From positions 1 through 38,495 of the forward strand of contig JBDLRP010000016.1 of assembly GCA_039799905.1 (NCBI GenBank): a stretch of 38,495 nt of DNA, given 5' to 3'. Below the pieces are notes generated by a model. That model was given only the letters and a program-made list of their open reading frames with translations. It was not told the DNA's origin and searched no databases. This DNA comes from Pseudomonadota bacterium. GTDB taxonomy: Bacteria > Bdellovibrionota_B > Oligoflexia > Silvanigrellales > Silvanigrellaceae. A program made the position numbers and the translations under genes. Below are positions 1-11,076 of the stretch, piece by piece (positions within the stretch are counted from its first letter, which is position 1; the number at the start of each line of letters is the position of its first letter).

Positions 1-1
1 T

Positions 2-520
2 ACTGGCATCAAGTCGCTCTGGGCACTTGGTGAGGTGGCCTGCACAGGACTTCACGGCGCCAACCGGTTGGCCTCCAATTCTCTTCTCGAAGGCCTTGCG
101 TTTGCAAGATTCATTTTTGAGGATGTCCAGGCGCTGTGGGAGAACATCAAGGCGAGTGAAGTGCCCAAAGTTCCCAAATGGCAGCTTGGCAAAGCCTGTG
201 AGCCCGACGAAATGACCGTGGTCAGTCAATTGTGGGACGAAATCCGCAGAACCATGTGGAACTACGTGGGTATCGTTCGCTCAGATAAACGACTTGCCCG
301 AGCCGATGCGCGCATACGACAGATTTCCGAAGAAATCGAAAATTACTACTGGGATGTCGTTCCAAGCCGCGCGCTTATTGAAGTGCGCAATCTTGCAGCA
401 ACGGCCGCCCTCACTGTGAAATGCGCACGCGCGCGCAAAGAAAGCCGCGGCATACATTTCTCCCTCGATTATCCACAGCTTGATGATGCGTCGTTCCGCA
501 AGGACACAGTTCTTTGCTGA
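2..520 (+). CDS. nadB: L-aspartate oxidase, C-terminal part (5'-truncated by the window edge)
   Basis: Frame is open from position 2 (TGIKSLWALGEVACTGLHGANRLASNSLLE). The C-terminal motifs WDEIRRTMWNYVGIVRS and RKESRGIHF are typical of NadB. Confidence 0.92.
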   Translation, partial: TGIKSLWALGEVACTGLHGANRLASNSLLEGLAFARFIFEDVQALWENIKASEVPKVPKWQLGKACEPDEMTVVSQLWDEIRRTMWNYVGIVRSDKRLARADARIRQISEEIENYYWDVVPSRALIEVRNLAATAALTVKCARARKESRGIHFSLDYPQLDDASFRKDTVLC

Positions 521-528
521 TTCGCCCC

Positions 529-556
529 TTGACAGTGTTTTACCGCCGCTTAGCCT
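529..556 (+). promoter_or_regulatory. Putative sigma70-type promoter of groESL
   Basis: Perfect TTGACA at 529-534, a 16-nt spacer, then TAGCCT at 551-556. SD GGAGG precedes ATG 631. Confidence 0.5.
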
Positions 557-630
557 TTCGCGCGTCGGCAGATTGGGGTATGACGCCCCACATACTTGTA
601 GTTGTACCTGAACCACTAGGGAGGCCATAA

Positions 631-927
631 ATGGCAAAGTCCATCCGTCCTTTGAATGATCGTATTCTCGTTCAACGCCTTGAAGCTGAGCAGAAGACCG
701 CCGGCGGAATTCTGATTCCGGACAACGCAAAAGAAAAACCGGCTGAAGGCCGCGTGATCGCTGTGGGCAACGGCAAGACACTTGAAAACGGCACCCGCCG
801 TCCTCTGGAAGTCAAAGTTGGCGACCGCATTCTGTTCGGCAAGTGGAGCGGAACTGAAGTTAAAATCGACGGCGCAGAACATCTCCTCGTCAAAGAAGAG
901 GAAGTACTCGCCGTTCTCGAGAGCTGA
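631..927 (+). CDS. groES: Co-chaperonin GroES
   Basis: [10 protein letters not shown], mobile loop [34 protein letters not shown]; lies directly upstream of groEL. Confidence 0.98.
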   Translation: MAKSIRPLNDRILVQRLEAEQKTAGGILIPDNAKEKPAEGRVIAVGNGKTLENGTRRPLEVKVGDRILFGKWSGTEVKIDGAEHLLVKEEEVLAVLES

Positions 928-961
928 TTACAAACATCACTGAAATTCAACCCAGAGGTAA

Positions 962-2635
<1,674 letters not shown>

Positions 2636-2661
2636 TGGTCGAAGGAGTCTGTTTGTGCTCC

Positions 2662-2703
2662 AAAAAAAAGGTGGCGCGGGATCGATCCCACGCCACCTTT
2701 TTT
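2662..2703 (+). terminator. Intrinsic (probably bidirectional) terminator after groEL
   Basis: A-run + GGTGGCGCGGGAT-CG-ATCCCACGCCACC + T6, a near-perfect palindrome with one mismatch. Confidence 0.9.
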
Positions 2704-3077
2704 ATTTAAACTCCGATTCTGAAGACGATTTCCATTCAATCCTGAAAGGCGTCAACGAAATACGTTCGAATCTCAAATGAAGATTGCGATGTTTTGGGCC
2801 CTCTATTAGCCCGGCCAAACGTAGTCGCTTGGGGTGTGAAATTGAGGCTCAAAAATTAAATCGACAAGTCGTTCAAATGTTCTTTTGCACACGTGGGCTC
2901 TTCGTAGCCAAGCCCCCTCTCCTCCCATCGGAAAGGTGGAGTTTATCTCTCGAACCTGACCTGCTTGCTTGGAAGAAAAACCCTGAGATTTTAGGTTGGT
3001 AATTCCGATTTTTTTTAACCCTTAAAGTGGCGATGACTTTGTGACGATCCAACCAGTGCTAGGGGGTTTAGGGGCGT

Positions 3078-5090
3078 ATGGTGTGGATGCGAAGTGTGAT
3101 TTATTTGATAACCTTTGCCGCGATCCCGTTATGCGGCTGTAACAAACAATCAAACTTTTCGACATCGACGACAGTGGAGGTCGACAAAGACGCACCTATA
3201 CCGCCCACACCGGTCACCGGAGGCTATCTCACTGGAGACATCTTTCGTTCCGATGGGAGCGCCGCGGCGAACGGGGTTTTAGACATCGTCGATGAGGTTC
3301 GAGGAACAGTTGCGTTCTCTGTGAACTTGAGCGATCAGGGCGATTTTTCGCTTCCATTAAGCAAAGTACTTTCTGCCGCACTCGCACTCCGCATCACAGA
3401 TCAGGAAAAGCATATTTATTCTGTCGTCAGGCTGCCGGCAGATATTGTTCAGTCAATCAACAGAATCAAAATTGCCGCTGGTGAACCTATCCTTGCGGAC
3501 TCGAGTCGGCCGCAGGGCGATGTTCAGGAGTCTAGCGGTTTATCGTTGAACCGTAGAATGAGCTTACAGTTGCCTGCCAACAGTATCATTGACAGTGGAA
3601 CAGCCGCGTTGGTTTGGCAGAGCGACAGATTACAGACTGTTTCATCAGCGTCCCTGCCGCTGAAGATTAACTCCATTGCAGATTCAGCACTTCTATGGAC
3701 GCAAGTTGAAAACAAGAGCGACGAATCAGGAGTTCTTTTTGCGTGGAAGAATGAAGGCTCGCGAGCACAATCTGTAAAAATAGTTTTTTCAGAGGATGAA
3801 GCTCAACTGTCGGGTTGGGACGGAAAATCAGACTCGATACCAGCTTGGTCGGGTCGATCGCCTCAAGATTATGTGATCTCCGATTTTGCACAATGCACTT
3901 TACGCAGAGCCGGACAGCATCCTGTCGGAGGTGAATTATCAGTCGCCGCAGGCGACGGGTGTGGAATTCGCCGAGGGTCAAATGTATTTCCATTCAGCAC
4001 TGGCAAAGATTTCTTCGCACGCGCAGTCGCTCAGTCTGCAGCGGCCGTCAGGTTGAGCCCGGTCTTCCGTGTGCCGGCAAATTCTCAAGGACCCCAGATA
4101 TCTGCAATAGCAGATCAGTTGGTCGCGCAAAACTCTGGAATTTCGAATCTACCAATCTCTGTTGTGGACCCGGATTCTGATTTGAGCTGCACGGCTTCTC
4201 TTTCGGCATCATCGTCGAATGAAATACTTATTCCCAACCGGAATATATATTTTTCAGGCTCGTTTCCGAACTGTAGGGTCAACATCACACCCGCCAGTAA
4301 TCAAACGGGCGTATCGACGATCGTGGTGTTGGCCTCGGACGGCCAGCATTCATCAACAGCAGTGTTTACAGTCGGAGTTGATTCTCCCATTGAAAAAAAA
4401 CTGGTGCTCGGACAAATAGACGAGATCCGTGGTGCAGCGATCGGCGGATGGACTTGTCAGCAAAACACTGAGAAATCCCTGAATATTGAAGTATATGCGA
4501 AAGGAATAGACAATTCCGGCATACTGATTGCAACCGGTCGTGCGGATCGTGTTTCGGAGTCCGAAGTCGGAGTAAATTGCAATTCATCTCTGGGCAAACA
4601 TCGTTTCCTCATTCCCATTCCCGCCAATTATGCGAAAGCGTTTGTGGGTGCACCCCTTTTTATAAAGTCACTGGATGCAATCAACACTGACGCACGCTGG
4701 TCAGCAGTTTTGCAAGGTTCTGGAAGCTTTTCAATTCCGAGCGGCAACACTGTGATTGGACGGATTGATATCGTTGCCGCCGACAGAATTGAGGGCTGGG
4801 CATGTCAACGCTGGAATGAAAATTCAATTGCAATTGACGTAAAGGCTACTTTTAACGGGCAATTTGCGAATGATATTGCAAGCGGAATTGCCAACAAAGA
4901 CTCGGAAGAGGAAATCGGCATCATGTGCGGCACGACGTCGGGCAAGCACAGGTTCGTTGTACCACTGGATTCCGGGACGTCTATAACCTACTCAGGTGCG
5001 ATAATTTCTGTTGTCGGAATTGATGGCCTGACTGCAAACAAACAGTTCACAGCACTCATCGAAAGGTCTGGAGAACTGGCACTGCCCTAA
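3078..5090 (+). CDS. Putative surface lipoprotein with one Ig/cadherin-like domain and two C-terminal GxID...GWxC repeats
   Basis: 670-aa ORF. Signal peptide with lipobox LCGC. Ig-like segment PQISAIADQ...NITPASNQTGVSTIVVLASDG. The C-terminal domain is duplicated. Confidence 0.8.
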   Translation: MVWMRSVIYLITFAAIPLCGCNKQSNFSTSTTVEVDKDAPIPPTPVTGGYLTGDIFRSDGSAAANGVLDIVDEVRGTVAFSVNLSDQGDFSLPLSKVLSAALALRITDQEKHIYSVVRLPADIVQSINRIKIAAGEPILADSSRPQGDVQESSGLSLNRRMSLQLPANSIIDSGTAALVWQSDRLQTVSSASLPLKINSIADSALLWTQVENKSDESGVLFAWKNEGSRAQSVKIVFSEDEAQLSGWDGKSDSIPAWSGRSPQDYVISDFAQCTLRRAGQHPVGGELSVAAGDGCGIRRGSNVFPFSTGKDFFARAVAQSAAAVRLSPVFRVPANSQGPQISAIADQLVAQNSGISNLPISVVDPDSDLSCTASLSASSSNEILIPNRNIYFSGSFPNCRVNITPASNQTGVSTIVVLASDGQHSSTAVFTVGVDSPIEKKLVLGQIDEIRGAAIGGWTCQQNTEKSLNIEVYAKGIDNSGILIATGRADRVSESEVGVNCNSSLGKHRFLIPIPANYAKAFVGAPLFIKSLDAINTDARWSAVLQGSGSFSIPSGNTVIGRIDIVAADRIEGWACQRWNENSIAIDVKATFNGQFANDIASGIANKDSEEEIGIMCGTTSGKHRFVVPLDSGTSITYSGAIISVVGIDGLTANKQFTALIERSGELALP

Positions 5091-5102
5091 AGATCCCCAA
5101 AA

Positions 5103-6545
5103 TCAAGTTGATTTCTTGCGCCCCGATGGCTTGCCTTTTGATTTGGAGCCACGAGCACCGTCACGCTGAGCAGACCGCGGTGCAGAGTCTGTTTTGCGGG
5201 GTCCATCACGTCGCGTGGAGCGCGGTGGCGATTCACTTTTGCGAGCGTCTTCGCGTCGTGCGGGACGCGGAGCCGATTCTGAACGACGCGCGTCATCGCG
5301 GCGTGCGGGACGCGGAGCCGATTCTGAACGACGCGCATCATCGCGCCGCGCGGGACGCGGAGCCGATTCTGAACGACGCGCATCATCACGACGTGCGGGA
5401 CGTGGAACTGATTCTGAACGACGCGCATCATCGCGGCGTGCGGGACGCGGAGCTGTTTCTGAACGACGCGCATCATCACGGCGCACGGGGCGCGGAGCCG
5501 ATTCCGAACCACGCGCATCATCACGACTCACGGGCCGTGGAGTCGGACGATCTCCGCCCGCGGACTTGGCATCCACCGCGCGCAGTTGCTCGTTGCGTTG
5601 CCTGCGCTTCACTGAGGCTTCGGCAGAGCGTCTTGAAGATTCAATCTCATATTCCTCATCACTCAAACGCAGCTGCCGCCGCAGTTTGCGCTTGGCCCGC
5701 GTCGCATCATCAATTGCTCCAGCCTTAGCAGAGGCTGTTTTGCCTGATTCAAGTGAGAGAAGCATGTCGCTTTTGATTTGCTCGAGCTGGCTTCGCGATG
5801 ACGCGTCAACAGCAAGAGCCTGTCCCGGCTTGAGCGTCGCCGGAAGAACTACGTCACCCATGCCAATGCGAACCAATCGGACCACTTTGAGTCCGATCGC
5901 CTCGGTCATACGGCGGATCAAACGATTGCGCCCCTCGGTGACGACAAGTTCGAGCCACTGTCCGCGACTGGCTCCCATGCGCTCTTTGTTACCCATGCGC
6001 ACGCTGACAGCTTTGGCCATACCGTCATCAAGCATGACTCCGGCGCGCAACTTTTCGACGTCTTCGATCGTCACACCGTCTGCAACTAATACGGCATAGG
6101 TCTTTTCCACAGAAAATTTTGGATGCGTGAGAGCGTAGGCAAGATCGCCGTCATTGGTCAGAAGCAACAACCCCTCAGAGCGATAATCCAAACGTCCGAC
6201 AGCCTGCACATTGGGCGGGAGATTCTTGACGGCTGGAAGGTCGAATATTGTGCGACGCCCTTTGGCGTCAAAACGAGTCGTCAGGCACATATCGGGCTTG
6301 TTCAGCACAAAGATGACCTTGGGAATATTTTTTACAGCCAACAACTTTCCGTGCACATGGACTTTATCGGAGCGGCGGATGCGAATGCCAAGCTGGGTCA
6401 CCGATTTTCCATTCACCTTGACAAATCCGGCCTCGATGAGCTCATCGGCTTTACGACGCGATGCAACCCCGCTCTCCTGAAGAAACACGTTTAAACGTAC
6501 CTCTTCTTCGCTGTCTGCGGGACGTTTCTTCGTGTCGTTTGTCAT
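5103..6545 (-). CDS. rluB: RsuA/RluB-family rRNA pseudouridine synthase with repetitive basic C-terminal tail
   Basis: S4 domain RLNVFLQESGVASRRKADELI and catalytic VGRLDYRSEGLLLLTNDG. Start moved to ATG 6545 (SD GAGGGAG). The subfamily symbol is less certain than the family. Confidence 0.85.
   Translation of the reverse strand: MTNDTKKRPADSEEEVRLNVFLQESGVASRRKADELIEAGFVKVNGKSVTQLGIRIRRSDKVHVHGKLLAVKNIPKVIFVLNKPDMCLTTRFDAKGRRTIFDLPAVKNLPPNVQAVGRLDYRSEGLLLLTNDGDLAYALTHPKFSVEKTYAVLVADGVTIEDVEKLRAGVMLDDGMAKAVSVRMGNKERMGASRGQWLELVVTEGRNRLIRRMTEAIGLKVVRLVRIGMGDVVLPATLKPGQALAVDASSRSQLEQIKSDMLLSLESGKTASAKAGAIDDATRAKRKLRRQLRLSDEEYEIESSRRSAEASVKRRQRNEQLRAVDAKSAGGDRPTPRPVSRDDARGSESAPRPVRRDDARRSETAPRPARRDDARRSESVPRPARRDDARRSESAPRPARRDDARRSESAPRPARRDDARRSESAPRPARREDARKSESPPRSTRRDGPRKTDSAPRSAQRDGARGSKSKGKPSGRKKST
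5125..5529 (-). repeat. In-frame 45-bp tandem repeat (15-aa unit RRDDARRSESAPRPA): 6 well-conserved and about 3 degenerate copies
   Basis: On the + strand, units start at 5260, 5305, 5350, 5395, 5440 and 5485. Degenerate units start at 5215, 5170 and 5125. Confidence 0.93.
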
Positions 6546-6668
6546 CGCCTGCTCTCCCTCAATTTTTCCGAAACTCATCCTGATCATAAACTAAAATACC
6601 CTGCGCGACACCTGCCGACGCAGAGCATTTGACTTAAGGCTTGCATGCAAATCACATGGAGGCAGTAC

Positions 6669-7901
6669 TCAGCCCATGAACAGGCAGGCCATGGGATCTT
6701 CAAAGAACGTCTTAAGCGTCTTGAGGAACTCAGCACCCTGAGCGCCGTCGATGACGCGGTGATCGCAGCTGAGTGTCACACGCATCCGCTGTTCGACGCT
6801 GATGTCACCGTCTTCGCCAACAACAGGAGTCGCAACGGTCGAACCCACAGCAAGGATCGCAGCCTGCGGCGGATTGATGATGGCAGTGAATTCCTCGATA
6901 CCGCTCATGCCGAGATTCGAAATCGTAAACGTGCCGCCAGAGTAATCTTCGGGCTGCAGTTTACCATCACGTGCGAGCTTGATGAGCTCGCGACCCTTCT
7001 GCGCGATTTGAATGAGGCTCAACTTGTCCGCGTGACGCACGACAGGTGTCACCAGACCGGCCGGTAGTGCGACAGCAACGCCCATGTGCACTGAATTGTA
7101 CTGGGCAATGTAATCATTTTGCCACGACGAATTGATGTTGGGATGCTTGCGGAGAGCCCGCGAAACAAGAAACACAATAAGATCGTTGACCGAGAATTTT
7201 TCCGTTTCGCTGAGTCTTGCCAGCGTTGCCTTGCGCCACGCGAGCAGCGGGCCCATGTTGATGCTGACCGTCAGATAAAAGTGCGGCGCAGTGCTCGTAC
7301 TTTCCACCAAGCGGCGCGCAATCGTCTTGCGCATCATGCTGAGCGGAACTTTTTCCATTTCGGCAGCGCCTGCAGCCGCAAATGCAGGAGTCGAAACAGC
7401 TGCCGTTCCGCCGCTGAGGTTCTCAACATCGCGCACAACAATGCGGCCATTAGGGCCTGAACCCTGAACGCTGCGCAAATCAATGCCTTTGTCGGCCGCA
7501 ACACGCTTGGCGAGCGGGCTCGCGCGCAGGCGATCGAGCGTCGAGGTGGGCGCTGCTGCAGACGTCGCTGCAGGAGCAGCTGCAGGAGCTGCCTTAGCTG
7601 GAGCCGCAGCTCCGCCCTTTTTCTTGGCAGCGTATTTGTCGATGGCTTCCTGCCAGTTCTCTTCGGGTTTTCCGATGACCGCTATGGGGGCGTTGAGCTC
7701 ACAGGTCTGCTTGTCGCCGACGATGATTTTGATCAGGGTTCCCGATGCAGGCGATTCGAATTCCATCGTCGCTTTGTCGGTTTCGATCTCCACCACAGGA
7801 TGTCCCGCCGTGACCTTTTCACCTTCCTTCTTCAACCAGCGTGCAACAGCACCTTCTTTCATGGTGTCGGAGAGCTTGGGCATTTCCATCACAGTTGCCA
7901 T
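6669..7901 (-). CDS. pdhC: Pyruvate dehydrogenase E2 dihydrolipoamide acetyltransferase (single lipoyl domain)
   Basis: Lipoyl motif EIETDKAT, E3-binding RASPLAKRVA, catalytic SCDHRVIDGA. Confidence 0.95.
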   Translation of the reverse strand: MATVMEMPKLSDTMKEGAVARWLKKEGEKVTAGHPVVEIETDKATMEFESPASGTLIKIIVGDKQTCELNAPIAVIGKPEENWQEAIDKYAAKKKGGAAAPAKAAPAAAPAATSAAAPTSTLDRLRASPLAKRVAADKGIDLRSVQGSGPNGRIVVRDVENLSGGTAAVSTPAFAAAGAAEMEKVPLSMMRKTIARRLVESTSTAPHFYLTVSINMGPLLAWRKATLARLSETEKFSVNDLIVFLVSRALRKHPNINSSWQNDYIAQYNSVHMGVAVALPAGLVTPVVRHADKLSLIQIAQKGRELIKLARDGKLQPEDYSGGTFTISNLGMSGIEEFTAIINPPQAAILAVGSTVATPVVGEDGDISVEQRMRVTLSCDHRVIDGAQGAEFLKTLKTFFEDPMACLFMG

Positions 7902-7932
7902 AGCGTTCAGCCTTTTCTTTTAGAGAATCAGA

Positions 7933-8910
7933 TTAACGGTACAAAACCTTCTTGATTGCTTCGATCGTACGTTCTTTGTTTGGAAGAACTTCGTGCTCGA
8001 GAGTCTCGTTGTAGGGCATCGGCACAAAATGATTGTGCACGCGTGCTGGCGGCGCATCGAGATCATCGAAGCATTCCGTCACAGTGCGATCAACAATGTA
8101 GTTGCCGATCGTCGAAATTCCCCAGCCCTCTTCAAGAACAACAAGACGGTGGGTTTTTCGAACGGATTCAAAAATCATGTTTTCATCGAGCGGCTGCAGG
8201 GTGCGCGGATCGAGCACTTCAACTTCGATGCCCTCCTGCGCGAGTTCTTCTGCAACTTCGAGCGCGAGGTAAACCATCTTGTTCCACGCCACCAGAGTGA
8301 CGTGCTCGCCTTTACGCTTGATGTCGCCAACCCCAATTGGAATCAGATATTCGCCGTCGGGCACTTCGCCCTCGCGGCCATACGTCATTTCGCTTTCAAG
8401 GAAGCAAACTGGATTGTTGTTGCGGATAGCAGACTTCATCAATCCCTTGGCATCGGCCGGGATCACCGTACTGATGACAATCATCCCCGGCACGTTGACC
8501 AGCATGTGGTCGACACATTGCGAGTGCTGGGCGGAGAGCATGTGCGCTGCACCGTGAGGTCCGCGGATCACCATTGGAATCGGGAACTGGCCGCCGCTCA
8601 TATAGTACATTTTTGCGGCATGGTTGATGATTTGGTCGAATGCCTGAATTGCAAAGTTCCACGTCATCATCTCGATGATGGGACGCATGCCGACCATCGC
8701 CGCACCTACACCCAGACCACAGAAACCCGCCTCGGAGATGGGAGAGTCCACAACCCGCATGGGGCCGAACTGCTGCAGCATCCCTTTTGAGACTTTGTAG
8801 GCGCCGTTATATTCGCCGACTTCCTCACCCATGAGAAAGACCGTCGGGTCGCGCTCCATCTCTTCGGTCATGGCCTGACGCAATGCTTCTCGATAACTAA
8901 TGACTGCCAT
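7933..8910 (-). CDS. pdhB: Pyruvate dehydrogenase E1 beta subunit
   Basis: GEEVGEYNGAYKVSKG, DSPISEAGF, AQHSQ. Confidence 0.96.
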   Translation of the reverse strand: MAVISYREALRQAMTEEMERDPTVFLMGEEVGEYNGAYKVSKGMLQQFGPMRVVDSPISEAGFCGLGVGAAMVGMRPIIEMMTWNFAIQAFDQIINHAAKMYYMSGGQFPIPMVIRGPHGAAHMLSAQHSQCVDHMLVNVPGMIVISTVIPADAKGLMKSAIRNNNPVCFLESEMTYGREGEVPDGEYLIPIGVGDIKRKGEHVTLVAWNKMVYLALEVAEELAQEGIEVEVLDPRTLQPLDENMIFESVRKTHRLVVLEEGWGISTIGNYIVDRTVTECFDDLDAPPARVHNHFVPMPYNETLEHEVLPNKERTIEAIKKVLYR

Positions 8911-8946
8911 TGTTATGAAAACCTCTTTTAACTCAGTTGCGCTTTG

Positions 8947-9915
8947 TTACGGAGCCAGCACGTGGTCATACAACGTGTGGAGTTCGGGCTCCGGCGACTC
9001 CTCGGCAAACGTCACAGAATCTTCGACGACCTCTGCGATTTCCTCTTCCCACTTGTCGAAGTCGTCGTCTGTTGCGACGCCTTTGGCGACCATGTGGTCA
9101 CGCAGCGTCTGCAGACAGTCTTGAGCGCGTTCGCGTTCAACTTCTTCTTTGCTGCGATAGGTTTGCGGGTCGGACATGGAGTGTCCACGGAAACGGTAAG
9201 TTTGCATCTCGACAAGAATCGGCTTGCTGGTTTTGCGAGTCTCTTCGACGATGTCGTACATCTGCGAATAAGTGTTCAAAACGTTGCGGCCGTCCACAAT
9301 CGCCTGCCGCATGGCATAGCCTTTGGCGCGGTCAGCCAGAACGTTCAAGCTACAGGTTCGCGAGATGGCCGTTCCCATTCCGTACAGGTTATTTTCTATG
9401 ATGAAGATGCAAGGGAGATCCCAGATGGCAGCCATGTTGAGCGCTTCGTGGAACTGGCCTTGGTTGATGGCGGCGTCACCCATGAAACAAAGAATCACGA
9501 GATCCTCTTTCATGGACTTAATCTTCCAGCCCACTCCAGCGGCCAGCGGAACCTGCCCGCCGACAATTCCGTGTCCACCCAAGTAGCGCAGCTTGGACGA
9601 GAACATGTGCATGGAACCACCGCGTCCGCTGGCACAGCCTGTGACCTTGCCAAGCATCTCGGCCATTACTTCACGTGCCGTCATTCCGAGTGTGATGGGC
9701 TGAACGTGATCGCGGTAGCCGCTGATCACATAGTCCTGCCCCTTGCGGATAGCGTTGAGGGTTCCCGTGGAGACGGCCTCCTGACCAATATAAAGGTGAC
9801 AGAAGCCACTAAATTTTTGCTGTACGTACAATTGGCCGCATCGCTCTTCGAAGCGTCGGGCCAGCAGCATGTCTTTGTAGAATTCGACGAGCTGTGCGTT
9901 TGTTGGCGCTGGCAT
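8947..9915 (-). CDS. pdhA: Pyruvate dehydrogenase E1 alpha subunit
   Basis: GFCHLYIGQEA, GRGGSMH, TPP motif GDAA...NN, YRFRGHSMSDP. Start moved to ATG 9915 (SD AGGA). Confidence 0.95.
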   Translation of the reverse strand: MPAPTNAQLVEFYKDMLLARRFEERCGQLYVQQKFSGFCHLYIGQEAVSTGTLNAIRKGQDYVISGYRDHVQPITLGMTAREVMAEMLGKVTGCASGRGGSMHMFSSKLRYLGGHGIVGGQVPLAAGVGWKIKSMKEDLVILCFMGDAAINQGQFHEALNMAAIWDLPCIFIIENNLYGMGTAISRTCSLNVLADRAKGYAMRQAIVDGRNVLNTYSQMYDIVEETRKTSKPILVEMQTYRFRGHSMSDPQTYRSKEEVERERAQDCLQTLRDHMVAKGVATDDDFDKWEEEIAEVVEDSVTFAEESPEPELHTLYDHVLAP

Positions 9916-10011
9916 CGGCGTTTTTCCTATGTTTGTGTTCACTCCAACGACCGTCCAAGCCGAAGGAGCCGCCACGCTATGCCAAATGCCGGAGGGCTGC
10001 AACAGAGTGTT

Positions 10012-10923
10012 TTAAAAGAACTGGAGCTTCATGCAGAAGACCGAGCCGCCCGACTTGATGAACTCCTCGGTCGACAATTCCACGGGCACGAATCCCGCGG
10101 ACTTGAGCGCGCTTACGGTCTTGCCGGCACCGCTCTGCAAGATCACATGCTTACCATCGGGGCAGTGGGCATTGCATGCAAACACCGGCGAATCAGCCTC
10201 ATCGAGCGAAACCTCGATAACGTTTGGAAAAATTTTCTGTACGAGGGTCCAACCATCGGCAGTGAACGCGTCTTTGCAGGCCAGTGCCGTCGTCGAGTTT
10301 AGGATACTGAGACAAGTGTCTAAATGATAAAACCGCGGATTGACTAACTCAAACGTGATGACTGTTGCATCAGTCTGCCGCGCGACTTCAGCGTAGATTT
10401 CTTTGGTCGTGCGATGCCCATACCCGCCAAGGAGTACGCGGTGCGATGGGAGCCAGAGGGCATCTCCCATTCCTTCGAACAACGTAGCCGGGCTGCGCGT
10501 GGGAAGCCCCATGGTCTTGTAGCCGAGTTTGCTGAGAGTGTTTTGAATCGTGGCAACCTCGCGGTGGCGGACATCGTTCGCCATGTTGCTCATCAGTGCC
10601 ATGCGCTCGCCCACACGAGAGACAAACGGGAGCGACTGATTTGCGCAAAAAACCATGTCAGGCAGGCCTTCCTGTGCCTCGGCCTCATGAACCGTCAAAC
10701 CCAGTTGGCGGTAAATGGCTCGAAGGGTCTCCCACTCCTGCATCGCCTTAACTTTATCCAGTACATGAAGTGACCCGTCAGCCTTGCGCATGTGCGGATT
10801 GATGGGATTTTCGACATGAAAATAGGTTGGCCGGACCATGAGAATCTGGCGGGCCAACGGCATTGAAGGTGTCTGCCGTATGTCAAAATTGAGCTCCGCC
10901 GAAGTGTGGATTATTTTATTCAT
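10012..10923 (-). CDS. Guanidino-group-modifying (amidinotransferase/DDAH/arginine dihydrolase-like) hydrolase
   Basis: Motifs LPDMVFCAN, FEGMGD, FYHLDTC, and C-terminal EFIKSGGSVFC carrying the catalytic Cys. Confidence 0.85.
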   Translation of the reverse strand: MNKIIHTSAELNFDIRQTPSMPLARQILMVRPTYFHVENPINPHMRKADGSLHVLDKVKAMQEWETLRAIYRQLGLTVHEAEAQEGLPDMVFCANQSLPFVSRVGERMALMSNMANDVRHREVATIQNTLSKLGYKTMGLPTRSPATLFEGMGDALWLPSHRVLLGGYGHRTTKEIYAEVARQTDATVITFELVNPRFYHLDTCLSILNSTTALACKDAFTADGWTLVQKIFPNVIEVSLDEADSPVFACNAHCPDGKHVILQSGAGKTVSALKSAGFVPVELSTEEFIKSGGSVFCMKLQFF

Positions 10924-11076
10924 TGTCTGTGTCTTCCTTCCTTATGGGAAACCCCGAGCATAACTCATTGTCATTGCCCCGCAACGGGGTTGCCGGAATT
11001 CCAGCGGTGATTTAGCCTGCGAAAGTGTCAGGGGCCTGCTTCATTCCGTAGCGGTGTCAAACAACTCAGAGGCTGC

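Noticed and set aside
5125..5529. Possible CRISPR array
   Set aside because: The units are head-to-tail with no unique spacers, the length is a multiple of 3, the repeat lies in frame in a gene, and there are no cas genes.
5087..6099. Alternative-frame ORFs (5087-5524, 5108-5728, 5194-6099) across the repeat
   Set aside because: They are open because the GC-rich repeat unit lacks stops in those frames, and they overlap the pseudouridine synthase.
7993..10302. Long plus-strand ORFs (7993-8790 and 8944-10302) opposite pdhB, pdhA and the hydrolase
   Set aside because: Antisense shadows of well-supported genes.
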